From contig CM102290.1 of the NCBI GenBank assembly GCA_046563655.1, positions 4,526,001 through 4,590,000 of the forward strand: a stretch of DNA of 64,000 bases, given 5' to 3'. Position numbers and translations under genes: made by a program. The notes below the pieces were generated by a model that saw only the letters and a program-made list of their open reading frames with translations, was not told the DNA's origin and searched no databases. Each line of letters opens with the position of its first letter. Within the stretch, counting starts at the first letter, position 1. The stretch comes from Yuukianura sp. NJ FZ-2021 (taxonomy: Eukaryota). Positions 41,207 through 53,300 of the stretch are shown here, one piece after another.

Positions 41207-42406
41207 CTGAGAAAACAAAAAAAAATGTAATTAGACGCTTAGCTGTCAACATGTTCCAGAAGTTTACAACTCGAGTAGCGGTCAATTGCGGCGACTTCTC
41301 AAGTGGCATGGGACCTGACTAACTAGACAAAAACAATTAAAGTGTCACGGCCTATGTCTTAAGTAACTGCAGATCAACTTACGCTGAGAGTGTTAAAACA
41401 ACTCTCACACTTTGGATTCTGCTGAATCATGTTTATACTTAAGCTGGACTATTGTTCCAGCGCGGTTCTTTACAAACAACCAAACTTTTGTTTTAAATAA
41501 AATCACATCCGTATGAACTTGTTGAAATTCAAATTTTTTAATGTTGGGACAGATGCTTTCTTCATTTAATTTCTTAAAAAAGTGTCCAATACCTTCCTCT
41601 GTCCCAAGAAATGTTTTGGTTTTCCCCAAAACATGTGAAGCGAATGTTGTGAATGGGCTGTTTGAATAAATTAAATCCCATGTTCAACTGCCTCATTCGT
41701 ACTTGTATGTTAGAATGAAAAGCTCCTTCATTTCTGTTTTCCCTTTGAGTCAAGTACATCGTCAAAGCCATTTTGGAAATTGTGAAATTGAGTTTAAAAA
41801 TACGTCATAGAGAAGTAGCGGAGGCATTCCTTGCAGTGGGTTTGTTCAAATAGTGGAGGTTTTAGCCTTGTGTCTTGTGCAGATTCTGCCCAGGAAGAGA
41901 GAGAAAGATGGAGGCAAGATAGGCTAGTCCGGCCGAAAAGTCTTGTCAAGTGCTAAATTTAGCATTTTTTTTTCGGAATCACACCGAGAAATGGTCTAGT
42001 GGTGAGAGCTAGTGTTACTTAAAGTGTACAACGTTCCGTATAGCTCCAAGGGAAAACCACTGGGGAAAACGGAAAAGCTTCCCTATAATCAACCTACACT
42101 GGCTCATTGTGTCTCAAAACTTCCGGCTCGTGTGCAATATTCAAAAACTGCAAATTCAAAAACCCACTGTACTTTTCTCAACATTTTTAAACAAAACGTT
42201 TTGAGTTCAAAAGTTAAAGTTTGTTTCAAACGTTTTTTCAAAATTCCGCTTTCTTCGCAAACATATGTAAGAATTGCTAAAATTTTGAGAAACCACTGAA
42301 TTAAAAAGAGAATATTTTCAAAACTTTCTAAAAAAAATTTCTTTTTCTGTTTTATCAAAAACTTCCAAGGTAAATATTGGTTAATTTTAAATAAGATTTA
42401 ATTTAC

Positions 42407-42482
42407 CATGACTGTAGCGTCGGAGGAAGAGGAGAAAGATGTGGTGACGAGTATTTTTGCAGTTGCAAAGGATCCTGCCGTT
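42407..42482 (-). other. Candidate NFI 5' exon ending in ATG (would give M-DEFHPF start)
   Basis: tcaaacag|aacggc...acagtcATG|gtaaat; the phase-0 donor is compatible with the acceptor at 41206. No transcript evidence. Confidence 0.45.
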
Positions 42483-45400
42483 CTGTTTGAAAATAAAAAT
42501 TGGCCTTGACCAATTTCTACAAGAAATCACTGCCTTTAAATCAGCACTTTCCGTAGGAAAATTTGAAATCGGAGGGAAGTCCTTTTACGGATTTCAAATT
42601 GACTAGAATGTTTTGGAATGATTTTTAATGACTTTTTCCGGAGAACAGTTGTGTACTTTAGTACTTGAATTTTTGAAACTTCGGTTGGACAGTGCTGAAC
42701 GCCGTTGGGTTAGGAACGGGACGGAGTTAGCTGCTGCTGTGAACCCACTCCTCGTGCCTCAATTCCTACTGAAGGGAAATCTTTGTAAGTCAGAGCCCCG
42801 ACTTTTGATCATGTGGAGATGAGCAGTTTCAGTGCACTTTGAGATACATCGTCCTTTTTATTTCACGGCCCAGAAGCATTACAAGGGAAGGAGTACAGCT
42901 ACTGCTGGGGAACAGCAGAATACAACAGTCCGCAAGTCTTGAAACTCAAACAGTCAACACCAGCCCAGCAGAAGTACATTGGGGAAAGCTAGGAACAAAC
43001 GCTCAACTTTCACTCTGAAGAAAGTTGGGAGGAAACTACCCCTTCGCCTATCTTATCCAATTGACGAGGCTCCGCGGGCTCAACCCCACTTTCACCCCTC
43101 ATTAATCAACCCACCTCCGAATTCTCAACTCATGGACACATTTTAACAAATTCCTTTTCAAAACAAATAATTTTGTCATTCATAAGCTTGAATGAAGCTA
43201 GATTTCCAAAACCAGAACAAGGAAAATTTTGTGTAAAATCGTATTAGTTTTTTAAATACTCGGTTTTTACTTTACCCGCTTGGAAGCTGTTTCACTTCCT
43301 AATGTAAATCCAACGTTTTTCATAACGAAATTTCTTCGGAATTAGAAATTTTGGCGAATGTGGCGAGATTTTACGTTGGTTTGATTAACCTTTTATTAAA
43401 TTTTGAAAAAAAGACAACGGAAAAAAATAATTAAAGTCGAAATTGTCTGTAACGGGAAGCGTTGCATTCTGTTGTGGATGTCTGATTTTGTGAAATGATG
43501 AAACGTATTGCGAAGTTTGATGCTGTTAGGAGATTAGAAGACAGCGTAGAATTATACGGCCAGTGATCATTCCCTTTGCAAAAGGCTACGAAACTCAGGG
43601 ACAGTAATAAGCGGTAAGGACTTATGTAACGAACATTATAAGTTCGCGCAGTTTACATGTCGGTCTGTCCGCCTACTGCGACAAGAAAATTTAAAACCAA
43701 ATTCCGAAGAAGAGCAATTCTATCTAGACTCTCATCATGTTACACTAGATTTTTTAAAAAATGCAAATCTTTCTTAAAGAAAGTGCTGCTGCAGAATGCA
43801 GTTAGAATTGTTGTTTGAACGCAGCGGCTACTTCCATATACCCCGTCTGGAAACATTTTGCAATAGACAGAATGGAGCAGTGTGTAGTGCCTATGGCGTG
43901 AATGCCGCAAGGTCAAGGACCGTAACGTTGAGTACGCTGGCTGCTTGAGAATCAAAGGACCCTGCTTCCACCTTGACCCCGCCCACAGAAAAGCTTTCTC
44001 AAGCCGTATGTTATGAATGATTGTGATGATTGATGAAGTCTAATATTCCACTATTCTTTAGTACCATCAAATTCAGTTTCATCCATAACGCTATGTAGCT
44101 CCAATGGATACACAGTAGGCAACTACCAAATCTATTTCTAATGCTCAACTTCCTTCAGCGAATAAGAAATAACTCGCAAAAAGTGTTAAAAAAAATTTAC
44201 GCACAATGCTTTCTCCTCTCTTCACGGATGCATTCACAAATCAAAAAAAAATGTTACGGCAAGAATAACACCAGTAGATTTAAAAAGATAGAAAAAATAG
44301 GATCTTGCAAAGTAAAAAGAAGGTTTAACTTATTTAGAAAATTAGGATTTCGTCGCTGTACGTCATTGTAAAAAAGAAAACGTTTCGGCATTTTTCTTTA
44401 AGAGATTAAAATTTTTTCCAATTTGACTATATGGTGTTTAACAAACTCGAGCAGGAAATTAGAAGATTGTTTGGTGATGCCTTTGAACTGTCATCATCTG
44501 TTTTAAAAATCTTGAGCAACTAACTGGGAATAGAAACAATAACTCATGCTAAACAATCAAAGGTCCCATCATCATAATTCAAAAGCCCAGGCAGTCCAAT
44601 GAGCAGACGGAGTTTGCGCAGAGGGTGCTTGGACAGGATGTGGAGATGGACTTTGGTGCTGGCTGGTGAATTGAATTGGGTGCAATTTATTTAGTCCTAA
44701 ATTTATAAATTATAAACTAAGAAGTCTCTGCACCCAGGTCTCAGATTGTATCTGTAGATGAATTGCTGTTGTAGTGCTGAGATAAGGAACTCATGAGGTT
44801 ACAGGGAATGTGGTGGGGGTTCCTCGGATGATCCCAAAGTTCAATTATAGACGGAGCGGAAGAATAGGAGAGATCACAAACTGAACTAATAAGATTAAAA
44901 GGCACATTAAATAAATCATTACTGACTACAACTTATTATTAAACTTCATCTCTCTCCTAATTCCATCTCTCGACTGGAACGGAAGTTAACAGGATTCGGT
45001 TCACAACGCATGGGCATGCTTAATTGCAAACCACAACCTCCATGTGGTCACCCTCATACACAGAATCTCATCATTGCACAGTTTTCGCAAATGCTTCCAA
45101 TTATTTTAAATTCCCACTTACTATTGCTGCTCGATTAAGTTGAAAATTGATTCCAAAATGGAAGCCGCCTGTACACGAAATCAAATTTGTACTTTTATTT
45201 TATTTTAAAAATCATTGGCGTTAGTTGAGATCTGAGATATTCACCTCGTCATGTTCTTGTCATAGCAGTAATTAAAATTATCTATATAATTAATTTGTTA
45301 ATTAATTAATTTGTTTTTTTAAGCATTTACAATCCCTGTTTTGGCCTAGCACAAGTGGATGTGAAAATTTTGGGGAAATAATTGAATTTGAGTTTGAGAA

Positions 45401-48400
45401 AAAATGGTAGTGGTTTCATCAGGGAAAAAGTGGATAGTGAAATCAAGGGAAGAGGTTTGTTAAGCATTAGTGATGTGGAGAAAGGATAGGCTTATTGTAG
45501 ATTTAATGCATTTTGATGGAGGGACAATTTCCTCTGAGAAGTTCAGAGAAGGGCGGCTGAAGGTTTGATAGATGGAATTTTTTCTGTTTGAATGTGATCT
45601 GGATATTAGTCGTGGAAGGGACTAATCAAGTTTCAGTCTCTTGCCCTGATGCCACCAACCACTTTTCCTCGTGCAGAAAAGCTTTGAAAAAATTGCGGGA
45701 AGAAAAGGACTTGCTTCTTTGGGAAGAAGATCCTGAATGATTCCTGGGGAGCGGAGAAATGTCTCTTCGACTTCAGTTGACAGTCAATGGAGAAAGCACT
45801 GACATGAATTAGAACCCTCTCCTCCAATCCAACCACAATGGCCACCCTCACGTTCACTCTTACCACTTACATCCTCCATCTAATCACCAATCAATTCATA
45901 TTTACTAACCCACTGCCACTGTCAAACCATCTTCACCCAATTCCTCCAAATCCGTTTTTTTGTGAATCACGAAACTAAAAAGAAGCAACCTACGTTGGTG
46001 TGACTGTTATTAGTTAATTTTTTTCCCAAATATTTGCAAATTTTTTTCTCAAGATTTTCATTATGCTTTTTCACGAAGGCTTCTATTTTTGGTGAAATTT
46101 TTTCGACAATTTCCGTTTGACTCCCAGTTTTGTGATTCCTTACTAAGGAATGTGCGGTTTGTGTAAACTCTTAATTTTGTGGATTGTTTTGCCTGTGATT
46201 TTGGATTGTGGTGGGTTTCGGTGGGTCTGAATTCGTGATGTGTGGGTTGGTCTGAATGAATGCGTGCGTGGGCAACGAAGTGGAGAAAGCGGTGGGACAT
46301 TAGATAGTTCCGGGGAAGCTGGATGGTGGGGACAGGAGTAATAAAATGATCATAGTGGAGGAGTGGGTGCCGACAGCCGAACATGGACACCCACCCACCC
46401 CGCACTGCCCATCCTTCGCTAGTTAACAATCTTGATTTACGGTATGGCCATTCCACGACCACGCTGCGAACCAGGGACATTGGAAACTGCAGTCCCACTT
46501 TCCACTTTGACCTCGGACGGAATCAAATCAACCCATTCCACCATTTTTAATTAGACATCAACCACAACCGTTCCGAATTCATTTTAGTCTGTACAAGAAC
46601 CACTACTATCTAATTTCCATACTGTGACTTGAACTCTACTGAAACAGCAAAGTTACGACCTCGTTTGGTGTCAAATCATCCAATGTTTTCACATAGGATT
46701 TAGATGGGGTGAAGGATTCACTATAAGCATTGTTCGTATACTTACAATTTTATACTAAAAATTAGAATTTCTATCAATTTCATTCAACACAACAAATAAT
46801 ACCTTAACAAAAATGCAAAAATACTAAAAACAATGTTCAAACGTTTCTCAAATTGTGGAAGCAATTCCTGAGCAAATGTGGCAAAAAGAATAAAAAAAAT
46901 TCAGACAAAAATTTGCAAAATACTTTGCACCAGTTTTCACGCGAATCGAAACGCTTTTGAGTTTTTTAGTATCCAAAGCATAACTTTTGTAAAGTTTCTT
47001 CATTAGATTCAGCATGAAGCAATATGTCACAGTTTTGAGGAAGTTTAATAAATACAAAATTTAGTGTCACATCCCTTGTCACTTCTGTCCAAATAAAAGA
47101 AAGTAAAGAGCTCTGCGTGAAGAAAAAGGAAAAGCTGTGTCCATAGATGGGTTTGATGACCTACGCTTTCACCCTCTGCAGTAAAAGTGCTGACTACACT
47201 ATCTCCGTTAGCCCCAAATTGTTTCAAGTGTCCGCACAGCAGATTATGTTTTATACTTAAAATATGTTAATTACAACGTTCGAATTGATAAACTTTCAGA
47301 ATTCAAGTAAATCAAAATTTAGTTCTTGAAATTCTTTACTTAAATTAAAAACGAGAAATCTTTAAACACCGAAACTAAAAAAAAGTAAGTTTAATGTGTT
47401 TTTATGATTTTTGACCCGTTTCTGCGGGTTAATAATTTGTAATGAAAGGCCAATGGTGGAGTGAGGGAGCTAATTGATAGTTGTTGGCGTGTCGTGAGCA
47501 CGCGCTTACCTCAGTACAGAGGAATGCGGTCAACTGTACCGGTAAATATCTTGTTTTTGCATACATAAGCACTTAATTTCTGTCAAGTTCTTGTAGTGTA
47601 GGGTGGAAGAGAGTGCTTTTAAGATGAACAATAGATTTGCACAAGGAGAAGACCCAAGGCAACGGCCTTGGAGAGGTCACGATTCATTTGGTAAGACGTC
47701 ATTCCGAAAAGTAAGAGGTCAGTGTCCGGACACCTACTCACCCTCTTCATCCCCACAATTCACAACAACAATTTGCAACAATTTACAACCAGCTCCAAAA
47801 GTCGTTGGAACCATCGAAACTGGGCGGTGGAGTCAGGAAAACTAGATTTTTGCACTTTCAAAACCACGAGTAAATGAAGAGATATTTCATGTAATATGCA
47901 TACAAAGAGACTTCGGAACATTCCTGAATTCAGCCTTTAGTTGAATCATCCCAGTAGAGAAGGAAGATGCATTTGGGATTTATTCCAACTATGATTTCCC
48001 CTTTGGAATTCTCCTAAGAAGAGGTCACTTCCTTAGACTTTCTCCTTCCGGAATTCGGTTCTGTGAGGAGAATGTGCCTGATCCAGCTGGAGTCTTGCCA
48101 TTTGAGATTAGTTTAAAATTCAAAAAATCCCGCTTCCCTCCTATTGCCATTATTATCCTGGAGCTCCACTTTGTATTAAGATTAGCCTCTTCATCAAAGG
48201 ACTTCTCTATCACGTCACACGCATCGCCTCATTTGTACATATCCAACTTTCTCCACTTTCACTACACAAATCCCCTAATGTCTCCGCCAACCCACCTACT
48301 CCTCATCATCATATTAAGAGAACAATAAAATAGACTAAAGAAGGAAGGAAACGCATGACTTCCAATCCTATTTCAAACATTAAGAAAAAACTATAAAAGA

Positions 48401-49830
48401 GAACTTTTTAGAAACTTTCGGAATTTCAACCCTCACCCCCACGACGATGGAGAAATTCTACAGAATTTATATAGGCAGAAAAGGGAATTTGAATTACAAT
48501 TTTGAAATGTCAGTTTTCTTTCCACAGAACTAAAAATTATTACGTGATTTGATAAATTACGAAACGACAAAAAAAATCAGAAATGTCACTGCGAACTCAA
48601 GCAGTAGTGAATTTAGACGATATTTTGTTTATCATATGTTCACTGGACCCGTTTGTAGTATTTTGAGACTTAAAGAAAAGTTACTGATCTCAATAAAAGT
48701 AAAAACGAGCATGTTGAAATGTAAACAGTTTTGCGAAAGAAAAAACAAAGTTTTTGTAAAATGTGCGTGTTCTTAGCACATCATGTTCCAAAAGTTTCAC
48801 AAGAGAAACAATTCTTTTTGCACAGAAAAATGGATGAGGGATCCTTTTAGGCTAGTTCCGTTATTCTGGATTGTTTTCGGTGCGGAAGTTTGTAGCTTTT
48901 GAACTTTGAACTTTATCTTGCAAATCCAAAACAGATTTCACTTTTTTAAGATTTTTTTAAAAACTAGCCTAAAAAGTACAGTTTTTAGTGCAAAGCCATA
49001 AACGTCCACTTTTTAGAATACTGAAAAGTGAGTCCAAAATTTCAAGGACTATTCAAAAGATGTCGTTCGTCAAATGTTCATGAGCGTATAAGAACGTGGA
49101 TGACGTCATTGGCGCTTTGGTTAGGCGACACTGATTCATTTCTTAAAGAAGCTCTGAGTCACTCGATATACTTAATTCAGAGGAGGTGCGAAGTGGGCAC
49201 TTAAGTTTGAAATGGCACTTACCAAACCCATTGGTAACAATCTCACTACGGAGGTCTCCACAGTAGTAAATCTCCGCCAAACCAATTAGTCCTTGGACTT
49301 CTCGAAAGACTTGAGGTCAACTCGGGGTCACCTTCTGTTTGTTCGATTCCCAAGCTCAGCTTCTCTTCCCACTCAACCCTTGAAAAATAAAAAAAGAATG
49401 TTTAGCATTTTGTAAAAAGATATAAAAATTTCATAAATACTTAAGCTATAAAGCAAACCAATCATTCTGGAAAGATTTAATTCCATCTTGGGCAAGGTTT
49501 TTTTTTGAAAGGTTTGCACTTTTTCCCGGTTTTGAAGACGTTATGAACATCAGGTTTTGGAGTGTAATTTCATACAGTTGCCTAATGTTCATGAAATTGA
49601 CTGATAATAGCAGACATTGTGGTCGTTGTGGTTGGAGCGAAAACAAAAGAGATGCACTCCCTCCCACCTTATTTTCATTGTTGTATAATAATCAGAAGCT
49701 GGACTGAAGCGTGACAAGGATCTCGGACCGTAACCCATCAACTTACAACGAAGCTCATCATCAGCAAACCAGCAAAGTTCCTATTAATTATAAAGATTTT
49801 TAATTGTTCCTGAGAGGGTGTGACGCTGGC

Positions 49831-50387
49831 TTGGCCAGAGCATAACAGTGAGTTAGTTGGAGCTAAACATTTTTTAAATTGGAATTTTTCAAAAAACTTC
49901 CGCCGAGTTTAAGGAAACGGGAAGTATGTTGAACTTCTTGATTTGGCCAAAAACGAAACATTTCAAAACTCCGTTGGCACCAACGACTGTTTATTGGGGA
50001 AGGATTTGCCAATTGAAACCAAGTTCTGACCTAGGCCAACTAGCTCAATCACGATTCACGAAGAGTTCTTTGGCACTGCTGACCATTGTGCCAAAGCTCT
50101 CTGCAAATATAGTTACTCCCTCCATTCAATTGGACTCACCACGTGCTTTCTGAACCGAATTTACAAAGGGACCAGAGTTTGGGAATGGCAAATGGCCCAG
50201 TAGAACTCAAACTTTTGCCAGTAGTTTTCTCCGTTGCCAATATCAATATTCTCTTGACTCCATTTGAAGTGCAGAAGTCTACCTAAAGGTCAGGGCCAAC
50301 GTTCCAACAAAGTTTAGTCGACTTGGCAAATGTTTATAATCCATTCCTAAGTCTCAGTCTCAAGTTCAATTTCAGGTCAAAAGCCAA
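49831..50387. promoter_or_regulatory. Cluster of NFI half-sites (TTGGC/GCCAA), candidate enhancer
   Basis: Twelve TTGGC or GCCAA pentamers counted by eye in 557 bp. Confidence 0.5.
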
Positions 50388-53300
50388 ACAATGGGCAATC
50401 CATTTTTCCAGAAAGAAAAAGTTTAGTGCTGTAGCACATCAACTACTCCATTTTTTATCCAAGTTTTTTTCTTCTAAAACTGAAAATGCGTCACCAGAGT
50501 ACAAATGACAGAGCACAGGAGATGTTCTCAGTCGTATCTCTTCTGCTTTCACCCAAACCAATTTTTGCAAAACCAGATTTGCATGGAATTGTAAAATTAT
50601 GAGAAGTTGTACTTAGGGGTGGTTTTACAAGTGGAAGCAACGCAGAAGGAATATTATGTAGATCCAATCCCTCTGTTGTATTTGAACTTTTGTCCATTAG
50701 TGTGTTATTAAAGAATGGTTCCAAACATTCCTTTCAAGGCAGCATTTGACTCTGTGCACGTCAAACTGGTCAATCCACTTAAGTTGGCCATCTAATCAAT
50801 TCCCAATTCGTTAACAAGGAAACAAAGCCGTATTCTATAAGGCTACACCACTTCTCCCAAGCGAATACTGGCCAATGACTTTTCGTGTTTTCAAAGAACA
50901 GAACGTAGAGTCCAGTTTTCATTTCAAAAAACTAAAATTCTTTCGAAAAAAAATCAGCCTCATCCCCCACTTTCAGGTCCTGTTGATTATCTTTTAGCAT
51001 AAAAGTATTTCTTTTAAAAGGAAAATGAGAATTTGGAAAATAAAATTTTTGAAAATCAACTTTACTTCGGCATAAAGAGCAACGCAGCAGGCTTGTTCAT
51101 GTCACGCTATTGCATTGTAATTGCTGCTCCGTAATTAATTGGAAGTTATTGTTTTGAATGCCATACAATCATAGTGTCCAAAAGTATTAAATTATTAAGG
51201 ACGGTAGCCTCCATGCGTTATTTGAAAAGCGGATTTGGGCAGTGTATAATTTTCATTTCAAAGTTATTTATCTTATAAACGAATCACCTCATCATCATCA
51301 TCACAGCCGCATCTTCTCCTCTTAATGGCACGAACCCTCTTAGAAAACACAACTTGACCTCCCACCCTCTTAACGTAAAGGCACGCAGAGGTTATGGAAG
51401 TTCCAAAGTTGTAAACTTCATAACTGAAGGGAGCACACTTCAAAAGGTGACCACTGATTAAGATCCTCAATTATAATTAAAAATCACCTACTAAAACTTA
51501 ATTAACTTGGTGGTTAAGAGTGGATCCAATTACGTAATAAAACTCTTAAGAAGTGCTGAAGGGAGCACCGAAGGAGAGAAACAATTAAAGTTTACCCTGC
51601 AAACTCAGTCGTAACGAATTATTTTCCGGTACTTTAAAATTCCCATTCATCTTCAAAATAACCTTTTTTCCAAATAAGATTCTAACTGATTTTTTGAAAT
51701 TTCTTAAGAAATTGTAATTTTGTTTGGGGGCGCTGGGTAATCACCTACTCTAGCAATTTTAAATTGCAATCCAACTTTCAATTTTTTTTCCCTTTCGGAA
51801 AATGCCGAACTAAATTGTTTTGTTCTCAAAATATTTTCAGTTTCCTCTTGGTTGTTTCTAACAAATTGAAATTAGAATTAAAAAAATATTTTTTAGTTTA
51901 CAATGCTGCTTGCAAAAATCAATACTGGGTAAAAAAAAAGTGTCCGCTGTTAAACCTAACGGTTCTAGAACTTACAGAAGTGAAAGTGTAAAGCAAATAA
52001 TTAGAAAGCTAATAAGTTCTGGCCCAGTGCCCATTGTCTGAGTCTCTTCCGAAGATGCTTCCTGGAACACGAGAAGAATAGAACCCAGAATTATTCTAAC
52101 ATTGTCTGCAAAAATCTCAGTTTGGAGGAACAGGCAAAGGATTTTCCCAAATCGTTTGGATTTGCAGAAAGAACCGGACAGAAACTGGCCTCGTTCGATG
52201 GAGAATGAATGAAGGAAGATGGGCAGTGCAGATTGGGCAGCACGAATTCATTAAGGAATTTTAGGGAAGAATAACTCATATGATTATTTCAAATACAGCA
52301 GCCCAGGCCCCTTCTTCCGCTTTCTTACGGAAATGAAAAGATCAAACGTCAAGATCAAATTTCACTCTAGTTAGGTTTTGGACCTCACTTTTGTAATTAT
52401 TCTTCACCTTGTGCACATATTTTTTAAAACAAAAGCCACCCTCAGGATATTTCTTTAAATTGGTTCTAAAATGAAACACTTTGAACAAAAATTGTTCTGA
52501 TGAACTATTAGAATTCATTGGGACTATTTAGATTTACTTCTGCTTAAATACGTACATTAACTTCAATGGATACATTGAATACAGTGTTGGCAGGAGAAAG
52601 CAATGGGCAGACGCCAGACCACAAAAATTAGAAATTCACTATGCGCTTCATTTCAAATATTTGTCGGTAATTTTTGGCCAAATTGCAATTAGTAAATTGG
52701 TTTCAAATGATAATCTTGACATCGTAGTTAGAAAGCTTACAAAAAATAGTTTTGGTTCCTTTTTTCCACAAAACTTTGCTTCTAAACTTTCTTGGAATTA
52801 ATGTTTACAGGCAATTAGTCTCCGTTCCTAAAAGATTGTAGATGTAGAAAAAGTATCAAAATCTCTAGATACATTGATACTGCTGCACCCTCCAATGCAA
52901 TTTCAACTGCACTTTTCCTTTAAAACAGTTAAATCATTAAGCTCGTCTTCCATGTGTGACCTCTTCATTCATTACCCTCACCAAAGTAAGTTTCCAAGTA
53001 CATCTCAGGGTAAACTGAACAACATCGAAACACAAAATAACTCACCCAAGGTAATTTAAAAAATAATAAAGTTAAACATTTTCTGAGGAGGTACCACATT
53101 TTTTTTTGAATTTGTGCGCCAGAAGCAAGAGAAAATGGCGCGTGCGCTGTGACCAACTGACAACAAATGTCTGCTCCTGAATTGACTTCTCCTGGTTCCA
53201 AACGCTGTACTAATTGTTTGTCCAAAGTGTGAAACTGACGATTGTCATGCGAAATTATGAGCCGGATTCTTTCCATAGTGGACGTTGCCTGACTTGTTTT

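Noticed and set aside
46061..46498. 145-aa minus-strand ORF
   Set aside because: Non-ATG start, no homology I recognise, and it coincides with the fold-back region.
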